Shown piece after piece: positions 1 through 11,100 of a stretch of DNA of 64,000 nucleotides. Made by a program: the position numbers and the translations under genes. The notes below the pieces were generated by a model that did not search any database, was not told the DNA's origin, and saw only the letters and a program-made list of their open reading frames with translations. The first letter of the stretch is position 1; every line of letters starts with the position of its first letter. Source of the DNA: Rhizaria sp. SCN 62-66 (lineage: Eukaryota). Location: NCBI GenBank assembly GCA_001724265.1, contig MEDY01000100.1:1-64000 (forward strand). Direction: 5' to 3'.

Positions 1-1
1 T

Positions 2-130
2 ATCGATAAAGGCAAGAAATTGCCGTTTTTCTACATTAACATGAACAAGACTGTGGAAACTGTCGAGAGCAAGAACATGAGCAAGACTGTGAAGCCTGTC
101 AAGAGGCAGGGGCGCCGCTCCGCAAAGTGA
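2..130 (+). CDS. Possible 3' end of a gene entering from the left edge (IDKGKKLPFFYINMNKTVETVESKNMSKTVKPVKRQGRRSAK*)
   Basis: Frame +2 is open from the window start to TGA at 128-130 and encodes a basic tail. No family recognised. Confidence 0.3.
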   Translation: MDKGKKLPFFYINMNKTVETVESKNMSKTVKPVKRQGRRSAK

Positions 131-399
131 CGTAGTTGCAGTTGATTGTTGTTGCTGAAGTTAGTGCTTTTGATTGGGTGATAATGTTGCGAGTGCATGC
201 TGTAGCTCGTCACTCGTGACTAAATTTTGACCGACGCTACGACCAAATTTGAGCGCCTGCGACATGTGATGAACCCTTGAGTGCGCGAGTTACTTTCGCC
301 GACACTATTTTGGCGTGGTACTGAAATTACATTGGATGAAGCGGTCGATATACCCTGGTTCATGTCCTATTAAATTTGACATATGAGCTCTCAGACTCA

Positions 400-770
400 C
401 TCCTCGGCCGCCGCAGGTCCTGCGGCGTCCCATGCCTCCCCATCTGCAGCTTGTAGAAGAGTTGCAGTTACTTGCTGCCAAGCGAGTGTTGGGCATCGCG
501 CACGAGGCGCGTGGCTTCGTCGTTTGTGGCGTCGGGCTTTTCGGCGTAAAGAACACGGAGGCGCTCTTATACGCTGGATGCGTGTTTCCGAAAGGCTTGC
601 GGCCAGTCTTCACGGGCGCACTCACAGTGCCAGTCTGCTTGAACTCGTTGATGACGTTGGTGACTGTACATCCGCGAACAAATTATGGCTTGCCCCGCTC
701 AGCCTTGCTCTTCAGAGGGTCCGCGACCCACTCCGCTACGATGGCGACCTTTTGGGGACAGGAACGAAAT
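400..770 (-). pseudogene. Degenerate Tc1/mariner-IS630-like transposase N-terminal HTH relic
   Basis: Minus strand reads QKVAIVAEWVADPLKSKAERGKP*FVRGCTVTNVINEFKQTGTVSAPVKTGRKP, resembling the TVxxI..F..TG.V....GRP motif. After a frameshift it reads *ERLRVLYAEKPDATNDE, resembling the second HTH. In-frame TAA at 683-685, 567-569 and 468-470. No DDE domain or terminal inverted repeats seen. Confidence 0.35.
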
Positions 771-1785
771 GACCTGTCGCTGCTGCCAGACCCGATCATA
801 CTACACCGCTTTGAACGCAGAGTGATCGTCCAAGCTCGTTGCGGGACATGATAACACAATTCAGAAGAAAGAAACCTTTCCAATATTCCAAATAAATAAA
901 CTGCTCAATTAACGTGTTTAAGTGTTGTGACAATAACATCTCTAACGGATGAGTTTAAAATCATGTTCATTCGTTCTTTGCATGCCGAGTTATTTTTCAC
1001 ACATGAGATAACCGTCGATGGACATCACCTCTCTATATTCACCTCTAGACTACACGTCACAAGGATGCGCCTTAGGGAGAACCGGTCCGCAGAGGTCCCT
1101 ACATGGTCTGGTAGGTCAAAGTTACTATCTTCGAGGAGCTAAAAAAGACTGGGGATGCGGAGGCAATACGTAAGAAGCACAATGCCCCCAAGCAGTTGCT
1201 TAGTCGCCTATATCGAGCGCTATCCACATATCCCCCGACGTCTTGGATCAGTCCCTTGCGTAAGCAATGCCTCCGCCCAATGATGGACGCAACCTCGACT
1301 CTACGCGCTTAAGGTACGTTGTGCTACACGATCGAGTGCAGATTTAGGCAGTAATTTGTTTTGCATTTCTCCATGTGATGATTTTTTTTTATTTCATTTT
1401 AACCGCACATTTCGTTAGTTTATGAGTGTTGTCATCGTTTAGACTAATCATTGATAAGATCTCCGCATAATTACGTTATCAAAAAGAGACAGTATAGTAT
1501 AATGTTTGTATTGATAATTAAAATGTTGTGCACTAACTCAAACACAATTTTACGACATATCTATCAAGATTTCGTCAATAACAGCAAACGGCCCAATTCG
1601 CGACCGCCCTGTTATAGCCGTTGGAGAAGTGGCTTGTTGCACCAATTGGAGACATCTCAAACAGGACGCTGCATTCGTCAAGGCAACAGTAAATAACGTA
1701 AATTAAACAAACACTGAAATTTACTATCATTTTTAAATTATGTTTCATAATCTTTCACTCTAACCTTCCAACCAGACCAGTCATC

Positions 1786-4700
1786 ATGCCAACTGTCCTG
1801 TGGGTCTCTTCCCCGAACACATCATGCGCTCTATCCGCCCAGGTACGCTCAAGCTTGATCATAACAGACATTGTCTGTATTTACCGACGATGATAACTTA
1901 CATCATGTAATATCGCTCTATTTTTGGACTTGATAGCCTTTGATAGAGTCGTACGCGCGCGTCAACGGGTGGCGCATCGTCCCTGTGTCTTCACTCTCTT
2001 GCCCCAAAGCGCAACTCTTCCTGCACTCCGACCCGACTTCCCCGCTCACCATCGTCACGGAAATCTACGTTGAAACAGTACTGAACGCACTTGTGCGCGT
2101 GAACCGCGATATTTCCGTCGTGTTCTATCCTCCCTACGACGTCGACAAACGTTACGCGGCTGCCGCCTACCCGCCGCCCCCTGCGACTGCCACAGCCTCT
2201 GCCTCGGCCTTCTTCCCTGCTCTCGCTCCCACGCCGCCGCCGGGCTTGACTCCCGCCGCGGCCCGGCTGGCGCGGACGCCGCAGGAGTTGGTCCAGGCCG
2301 TCGCCACCGCGCTGCGCCTGCCGCTGCGCGCGCCGCCGCTCTCGGCCTTCCTCGGTTTCGGTCTCGACCTTGATTCCACGGCTGCGGCCGCTAGCTGTGC
2401 CGACGGAGACAGGAGCGTGCAGATGCGGGCGCAGGTTTGCGGCCCCGTTGCCCCGCGTTACCAGACGAGTGTACGCCTGCTGAACCCTCCTAGCGTTCGC
2501 GACTACAACTGCAACAACTGCAATAGCCCCAGTCACTGCCACTGCAACTGCGACAGCAGCGGCAACATTAGGATGAGTGCAGGTTGTGGCGCGTATTCCG
2601 CCGGTTATGCGGGCTTTGCCGGCACCGCCGCTAGCGATGCTGCCGATCATTACGCGATGGTTGAGGCCGAGCCTTACGCGGGTGCTGCTGCAGAGGCCGC
2701 GGACCTCGCGGCCGTGGCTGCTGCGACCTACGCCACCGCCGCGGCCGCGCGGGCCAGCGGGGCGAACGCTGCCGAGCACGGACACCTGCCTCTGCACCTC
2801 CACGCGCACAGCCAGAGCGGCCGCAGAGACTGCTGCACTGGTGGCGCCGCCATTGCGACTGAGTGCGCCTGTGTTGGCGTATGCGAGTGCTCTTTCCCTC
2901 GCATCAGCTGCAACAACAACAGCAACAACACCACTCACTCTTATAGTGTCGCGAACAGCGTCCTGCTGTCCCACAGCTCCACCGACGGCGCCAGCGGTAA
3001 CGGCGCCAACGGTGTCGTTATGGCCCGGAGCAGCCTCGCGCCGCTGCCGCACTACACGCACTGGAAGCGCGCGCGCGGCGACGCCGCCCCCGCGGACAGC
3101 TACTTCCTCGCCACGGGCGCGGCGGCGGCGCCCAGCGTGGCGGTCGCCGCCGACGCCGCTGCCAACGCCGTAGAGCTACGACGGCGCGCGGCCGGACTGA
3201 AGCCTGCGTACGACACTGCGCGACGCTGCTGCGCTGCCCACGGCCACTGCGCCACTGCCCACGGTCACTGTAAGGGCGCTCACAGTCGCATGGAGGTGAG
3301 CGCAGGCAAGGGCAGTGTGAGCGTGAGCTTGAGCAGGGGTGGGTGTGGTGCGCGGTGCTGCAAACAACACGGTAGCTCGTGCACGTGCCGTTGTACGTGT
3401 GCTCGTGTCGCGACGCTTGCCGTGCATAAGACAAACGACAACAACACCACAGATATCAGCGGCAGTATGAGCAGGAGCAGCAGAACAAGTAGCTCTACCA
3501 TGAGTGAGCTTCGCAGTGCCCCTGCTGAGAACGACGAAGCGAAAGCTACAGTGGAAGATGACATCCTGATTTCCCAGCATCACATCTGCAGTTCTGGCGT
3601 CACTCAGAACGATATCAGAGACGTCAGTGACGGCAATCCCAGCCATGCAGTTGCCGACAGAAGCGGTAGCTCGGAGAGTAACGTAAACGCAGGCAGCACG
3701 TTTGTTCCTCAAGAGGAGACCAAAGAGCCCCACGTTTCTAGCTCTCGCGACGATGCTTGCACCGCCAGTCCATCTTGCGCCGCCTCGGGCTCTCGCCCTG
3801 CCACAGACGCCATCGCGCTCGTGACCATGCGCGACGCCCGCGTGCTGGCCGCACAGAGCGCGCTCGCAGCCGCGCGCGGCGCCGCCACCGCGGCCAGCGC
3901 CGCGGTCAGCGCCGCGGCCGCGGAGGGCGAGAGCGCCAGCATGCGCGACCTGAGCGCGCGCGTCGCCGCGTTTACGCAGCGCGCGCAGGCTCTGCTCGCG
4001 CAATCAAGCGCTGGCGCAAGCTCTGCCAGCAGCACGAGCGTGAACGCGAGCGCTCCCTCTGTGTCGGGTTGCGCGACTGAATTGAGAAATGACACGACAG
4101 TCCTTCGCCGCAGTTATCAGAGTGTTGCGCGCGCCGAGCCGCCAGCAGTCGAGGTCTTCGACTCGCCGCTTTGCCCGCTGGCCCGCCTGCTGAACACCAG
4201 CACCCACACCGCGGTCCCGCTCGACAACCGGTCGTGGCGATCCGTCGACCACTACCTGCTGCACCTGACGCTGCTCGCAGCGGCGCTGCCGGGTCCCGCG
4301 CAGAGCATGCTCACGGTCCCCACGGTTGCTGTCGCGCACTTGGTCGCTTCACAGGCGCTCGCGAAGGCCAAGGACGCGCAGACCAACGCGGGCGCGCTCC
4401 CCGTGTTCACCCCGCACCTCACCACGAACGCGGACGTGGACGTGAACGCGAGCTAGAGTTTGGCCGCTGCCTCGACGGGCGCGACGGGACCGCTGCCCGG
4501 CGGCCGCGACGGCGCGGGCCCGCTGCGGCGCCCCGGAGTAGCCGTCGCGGCCGCGGACTGGGACTGCAACTCGCGCGCGCACTGGACCTCCCCGTCGCTG
4601 CGGCTGCAGATGCTGCGCGCCGTAAAGGCCAAGCTGGCAGCGTGCCCCGAGCTTAGGACCGCGTTGACGGCCACGGCGGGGCGCCAGCTCGTGTGGCGGG

Positions 4701-4786
4701 AGACGGCGCGGCACTGCCCGTTTGCGGTCAAGGCCAACGAGCAGCTGATGAAGATCCTCATGGGTATCCGCGACGGCAAGCTCTAA
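1786..4786 (+). CDS. Cys-rich, low-complexity protein with C-terminal NADAR/YbiA-like domain; contains an in-frame TAG at 4454-4456 (about 968 aa if read through)
   Basis: Exons 1786-1842 and 1937-4786, intron GTACGC...TTGATAG. NADAR-like motifs lie on both sides of the TAG: LDNRSWRSVDHYL before it; DWD...RLQMLRAVKAKLAACPELRTALTATAGRQLV...NEQLMKILMGIRD after it. GC-rich coding style persists to TAA 4784-4786. An extra upstream exon (ATG 1267-1313, spliced to 1776) is possible. Confidence 0.7.
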
Positions 4787-5175
4787 GTCGACAGCAGCTG
4801 AGCTAGGTTCAATTCGACATGTTTACTCATTGAGAGACGACGATATATATAGTTTAAGATAGAAATATAGAAATACAATGTTACCGTTTGTGACCAATTG
4901 AACTTTGTATTGTTGAAGGACGCTTGTACTGGCCCTTCTTAAAATAACTTTAGATCTCGTAACCATCACTAAAAAGACGACACGTGAAACCTAAAACGTA
5001 CTGAGACACTTTAATAAAATATTTACGACTACATGCTACAAACAGAGTAAAAAACTACGTAAGAATAACAAACCAATCAAAGCAACACAAACCCGAGACA
5101 AACCAACATAACTTAACGTTGCTTGTTCCGCGGTTGCGGTTAGAATACGACTGTTGAGTTTAAATTGCGCACTTC

Positions 5176-8100
5176 TTAGTTGAGGTACTCGCTGATGCTC
5201 TCGCCGGCGAGCGCCTCGATGGTCTTGACGACATCCTGCGCAAGCTTCTCGACGAGCACGTTGGCGTCCTGCATGCGCTCGGCGATGGCGGGCACAACCT
5301 TGGGCAGCAGCAGCAGGAACTCCTCCTTGTTGCGGAGGAAGTACTCGTGCAGCGCGCGCAGGGCCGCGAAGCGTACCATCGACGGGTTCGCGGCCGCGGA
5401 GCCCGTGGCGGCGGAGCGCGTGTGCTGGTACTGACCCATATGGTTCATCGTGCACGTGGCGAGCGTGTCCCACACGGCGGGGCCCGAGTAGCCCAGGTGC
5501 TCGCTGATGGCGCCCAGACACGGGATGAGCACGTCCTCGGCGAAGGCAGGGTATGCCAACAGGCGGTCCTGCGCCACGGCCGCCGCGGGCAGCGTAACCG
5601 TGCCTGTTAAGGCGCCGCTGCCGCTGCTGCTGTCGGTCGTCGACGTCGCGCCCGAGTCGGGCATGCGCACCGTGTGGCCCACCTCGAGCTGCGCGCACAC
5701 CACGGGCACCAGCTTCTCGAGCGCGTCCTTGTTGATGATGTTGACCGTCTGCCCGCCCATGCCCTTGGCCAGCACCGTGTCGGCCTCGACCGCGCCCGTC
5801 AGCGCGCCCAGCGCCAGCGACGCCGCCTGCGCGCGCCAGATCTGCAGGTTCTGGCGGCGGCGCAGGAACGCGCGCGCAGTGCGCACCTCCTCATCCTCGT
5901 CGTCGGCCGCCGCCGCGGAGCCAGACTTGCCACCGTCATCGGCGTCGTCAGCATCGTCGTCGCTGTCGCTGTCGCCCGCGCGGCGCTTGCCCTTCTTGCC
6001 CTTAAGCACGGCGGCGGCCTTCTTGCCGCCAGCGGCCAGCGAGAGCTTGAGCACCTTGGCGTCGGTCTTGGCGACGAGCTTGATAAGCGCGCGCTGCTTC
6101 TTGCCCAGCCGTGCGGGCGCCGCGAGGTACGCCGTCAGCAGCGGCAGCTGCGGCAGCAGGTACGGCGTGAAGATGTGGCGCAGCGAGCGCGCCAGCTGCT
6201 GCGCCAGCCGCAGGTACGGCAGCGCGCGCGACAGCGACACGTCGGTCCCGTTCTCCGCGAACGGGTCGCTCGACTTAGCCGCGGCGCCCGCACCAGCGCT
6301 GGAGGCGGCGTCGTCGTCCTCGTCGTCGTGCTGGCCCGAGTTGGAGCTGCGGCCGCTGCCGTAGGCGAAGGTGGACTGCGCCGCGGCCGCCGCAGCCGCC
6401 GCGGTGGCGTCCTCGACGGGCGAACCGTGCGCGGTGACCCACTCGGTCATAGCGGCGAAGAGCTGCTTGAGGTTGTCCTCGTCAAGCTTGAGGATAAAGG
6501 CCACCATGGCGTCAACGAGCCCGCGCTCGACGGAGAGCAGCGACGCGTCGGCCCACACGTTGCCCGTGTGCGCGCGCGCGGGCTCCGCCGCGGCCGCCTC
6601 GGCACTGGCGGACCGCTCGGCCCACGCGAAGGGCAGCAGCGACGTGTGCAGCGACACGTGCTTCTTGTGCGCGACGGCGGCGGCGACCATGGCCGCGGAG
6701 GACTTGGAGCCGCGGACAGTGGCGCCGACGCCGGCGAAGAGCGCCGCGAAGGCGTCGGTGCTTGCACTAGCGCTGCTGCCGCTGTTCTTGCCGCCGCTCT
6801 TGGCGAGCGCGGCGCGGGTGGCCTGGAGCGTGGCCTGCTCGAACTGACGGCGCAGATCCATGGCGTTGGTGAAGAACTGCACGAGTGCGTCGTAGTACTT
6901 CTCCACGCCGCGCTCGTCGTTGTCCGAGAGGTCGAAGGCGTCGGCGTCGTCGTCGTCGCCGAAGGCCGCGGTGCCGTCCAGCCCGGCGGCCGCGAACTCA
7001 AACACCTCGGCCATGGCGCCGTCGTCGCCGTCACCGTCGCCGTCGCCTCCGTAGGCCGCCGAACGGCGAGCGGTGACGCGGCGCGCGCCCATCGGCGTGA
7101 GCGTCTCGGCCACGCGCGCCACGAGCGCCAGCAGGCGGGCCGCGGACACGGCACCGCCAGTGAGCGGCGAGATGGCGCCGTGCCACGCGCTCAGCAGCGG
7201 CGGCAGCAGCACGCGCGGCGAGATGCACACGGCCGCCGTGTGCAGGCACGTCGACACTAGGCCCGACGCCGCGTACGCAGACGCGTCAGCGTTGCTCTGC
7301 GTGCCGCCGTTGGCCGGGCTGCTCGCGGCGCCCGCACCGGTGGCGTCGGTCGCAGCGGCGCCCGCGGTGGCGGCGGCGGCGCCGGCAACGGTGGCGAAGC
7401 GGAGGTCGGCGGCCGAGAGCGCCGAACGCTCGGGCAGCGTCGGGCGGAGCAGCGCGCTGAGCAGCGCCGGCAGGTACGGCTCCAGGAACTGCGGGAAGGA
7501 GCGGATGACGGCGTCGAGCACGGCCAGCGATGACAGCTGCAGAGTCGCGCGGCTCGCCGCCGAGAGCGACTCCGCGGCGGAGCCGGACTCGGTCAGGGCG
7601 CGGGACTTCTTCTGCGCACTGACGTCGTCGTCGTCGCTGTCGTCGATGGTGTTGACGGCGTTGTCCAGGTCGGCGGTCTTGTCGAGGACGGCGATGGCGA
7701 GCGGCGCGAGGTGCGAGAGGTGCTTGAGGCTGCGGATGCCGCAGCGCGCCGCGAGCGTCGCCACGCAAAGCAGCGACGACGACAGCAGCAGCGCCCACTG
7801 CTCCACGCCGGGACCGGCGACGCTCACACCAGCAGGAGCAGCAGCAGAGCCCTTCTTGGAGGACTTGCTGACGGTGGCGGTGGTAACGGCGCTGTGCTGC
7901 TGGGGCAGGAAGGTGCCGTTGGCGGCGACGACGGCGACGCGGAGCACGAGCGCGTACACGTCGAGCAGCGACGCCGTGAGCGCCGCGGGCAGCGCGAAGG
8001 CGCGCTTGACGCCGCCGACCGTCGCGGCCGAGAGCGCGGCCAACGCCGCCGCGGGGGCCGTGGTGGGCGCCGACAGCAGGCACGCGACGTCGGAGAGCTC

Positions 8101-11100
8101 GTCGACGCACAGCAGCGCGGCCTGCAGGTTCTCCATGTCCTCGCCCGCAGCGACTGCGGCGACGTCGTCGCCGTTGTCGTCTACGCTGCCGTCGTCGACG
8201 GTGAGGCGCCACTTGGCGAGGACGTCCTTGACGCCCGCGGCGGCGGCGTGCTGCGCGAGGAAGGGCGCGATGAGCTGCGTCGTCAGCGCGGGCACGATGC
8301 TCGTCAGCGCGCGCTGGCGGCGCCGCATCTGCGCCAGCCAGAGCTTGCGGCGCGCGGCGCGGCGGCCCGCGGCGTCGAGGTGCGCGAACTCGGCCGCGTC
8401 CGTCAGCAGCGCCACGTCGATCTCGTCGTCGTCGTCCGCGTCGTCGTCGTCGTCGCTGGCGTTGTCACCGTCGGCCTCGTCATTGTCAGAGTCGGCGCTG
8501 CCGCCGGCGCGGCGGCGCTGCTTGGCGAGCGCGGTGCCCTTGTTCGACACCAGGTGCAGGAAGGCCTCAGCGTGCGCGCGTTGGCGCTCAGTGCGCACGC
8601 GCTCGATCACGAGCAGCAGCAGCCGCTTTACGATCACGCGGCGCGCAGGCGTGAACACCGCAGAGTTTGCACTGGCGCTGGCGCCGGTGCGCGCAGAGGC
8701 GGCAGCAACTGAGGCCACGGCGGCAGGCCCCGCGGCGGCGACGGCGGCGACGGGCACGGGGAGGGTGAGCGCCGCGGCCGAGCCGGGCGTGGCGCCGGGC
8801 CGCAGCGAGAGCGCGAAGAGTGACTTGAACACGGCCGCGAAGTGCTGCGTGGCGAGCGTGGCCGACAGCGCCGTCAGCGTCGCAGAGGCGGACGCGCCGA
8901 GCGAGCGCCAATGGTGCTGCACGGCCTCCTCGGTGCCGTTGGCCGCGGCGACCGCGGTGGACGTGGGGGAGCCGAGCGAGACGGTGTCTGCGTCGCCAGT
9001 GGCGGGCAGCGTGATGGCGTCGACGAGCGTGGACATCGAGAGCAGGCGCGCGGTCAGCACCGCGAACGACTGCGACACGAAACGGAACTCGCACGCCGCG
9101 CTCTCCTCCACGCTGCCGCCGCCGTTGGCCACGGCGATGTTGGTGGTGGCGGCGAGGTGCGAGATGCGCGCGAGCTGCGCCGTGAAGGCCGGATGCGCGG
9201 CCGCCGAGGCGACGACCGACAGCACGGCCGCCCGCAGCGCGGCGCAGGCCACGGGGGCCGCGATCACCGCCGACGGCACCGGGCTCGGCGCCGGCAGCAC
9301 CAGCGCCAGCGCGGACACGCCGGCGTCGGCGCTGTCGCCGCCGTTGTTGGGGCCCGCAGAGAGCGCGTAGGCGACCATGGCGGCCATGGCGGCGGCCTGG
9401 GCGTGCGCCGGGAACGCGCCCAGCAGCGCACGGGCGGCGCTCACGGCCGTGGCCGTCGCGCTGGCCGTCACGGCGCCGCTGGCCTTGCCCGCGCCGGCCG
9501 CCTTGCCGGGGGCCGTGAGCGCCGCGGCGAGCAGGGCGACGACGGCGGCGGCGATGACCGAGGGCGGCACGCGCGCCGCGACTGCGCCGTCGTAGCCGGC
9601 CGCGTCGCTGCCGACCGCGCCGACGCCGGCACTGCCCGCGGCGGTGCTGGCGCTGGCGGCGGTGTCGGCCGAGGAGAGCGGGGCCGTGAAGGCGGGCGCG
9701 GCTGCGTTGGCGCCCAGGCGAGCCGCGCGGAGCGCATGAACCGCAAGAAGCGGCAGCACCGACGCGGCGCCGGTGCGCGCGGCGCCCGCGGTGGCGGCCG
9801 AGGCCGACAGGCGCGCGAGGCGGGCCAGCGCCTTGGCCAGTGCCGAGGCCGAGCGCGAGCGGGCCTTCTTGGCCGCAGCAGCACGGGACTCCTCACTGTA
9901 CTCGCTGTCATCCTCGTCGTCCTCGTCGTCGTCGTTATCCTCGTCGTCGCTGCCGTCATCGCCGTTGAGGATGGCGAGCTCGTCGGCGTCGAACATGCCG
10001 CCCTTGCTCTCCTCCTCGGCCTCGGCCACGGCGGTCTGCGCGCGCGCCGCCAGCCGCGCCACCTCGCGCGACTCGACGCGCGCGCACCCGGCGCCCGCGC
10101 GGGCTCCGGCCGCGAGCAGCAGCAGCCGCGACGCCGCGTCCACCTTGACACCGCTAGTACTGCCGTTGCTGGCGGCGGCGAGCGCGTGGAGCAGCGCCGA
10201 CGCGGCGGGGAGCACGCGCGCGGCGGCGGCCAGACTGGGCAGCCCGGGGGGCAGCGCGGCCTCGTCCGCGGCCACGGCGGCGGCCGAGTTGACGTCCACC
10301 AGCGCGGCCAGCGCCGCGGGCTCGCTGTCGCCCTCGGCCGCGGCTGTCAGGTCCAGCAGCGAAGCCAGCGTGTCGGCGGCCTCGGCCTCGGCGCGCGTGG
10401 CGGCGGCCGTGGTAGCGACAGCGCCCAGCCCGAGCAGCAGCGCCTGCGCGCCTCGGAGGGCCGCGTGGGCCGGGTGCGCGGCCGCGGGCGTGCGCGCGAC
10501 GGCGGCGTCGAGAGGCAGCACGGGCGCGGGCGCCAGCGCGGGCGCCGCCACGGAGCGCAGCAGGCGCAGCGCCACGTCGAGCTGCGAGCCCGGCACGACG
10601 ACGCGGGACGGCGCGCTCGCCGGGTGCTGTGACGCGCGGGCCGCGGCGGCGGCCGAGGCCGACACGGCGGCGCCGTGCTTGCCGGCGCTTTCGTCGTCGT
10701 CCTCATCGTCGCCGTTGCCCTCGCCGTAGACGGTGGCGGCAGAGTCGTCGTCGTCGTCGTCGCTGTTGTTCGCGTTGCCGGCGTGAGAGCCAGCGCCGGC
10801 GGTGTGCTGCGCGGAGCGGACGAAGGCGCGCGTGGTGGAGGGGAAGGGGAAGCCGAGGGCCTTGGCGGCGGCCTCCTCGGCGGCGACGGCGGCGACGGCG
10901 GCCGAGGCCAGCGGCAGCACGTGGGGCGCCGCGAGCGCGGGCGCGTGCGCGGCGACGAGCGCGAGCAGCTGCAGCGCTGCGTCGCGCGCGCGCGTGCGGG
11001 CCGAAAGCAGGATCGCGTCCGTGGTGACGGTGGCCACGTTGCTACTCAGCACCACGGCCGCGCTCACCAGCGCCGTGCCGCCTGTGGTCGCGGCACCTGC

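Noticed and set aside
383-851. + strand ORFs 383-772 and 432-851 as genes
   Set aside because: No host-like codon bias or motifs; the opposite strand gives a better, transposase-like reading.
4454-4456. Selenocysteine or pyrrolysine recoding
   Set aside because: Sec uses UGA, and Pyl is not known from eukaryotic nuclei; both TAGs lie in non-catalytic linkers.
4460-4786. 108-aa ORF as an independent gene
   Set aside because: It starts at TTG three nt after the TAG, in the same frame, with no promoter or UTR space, and encodes only half a domain.
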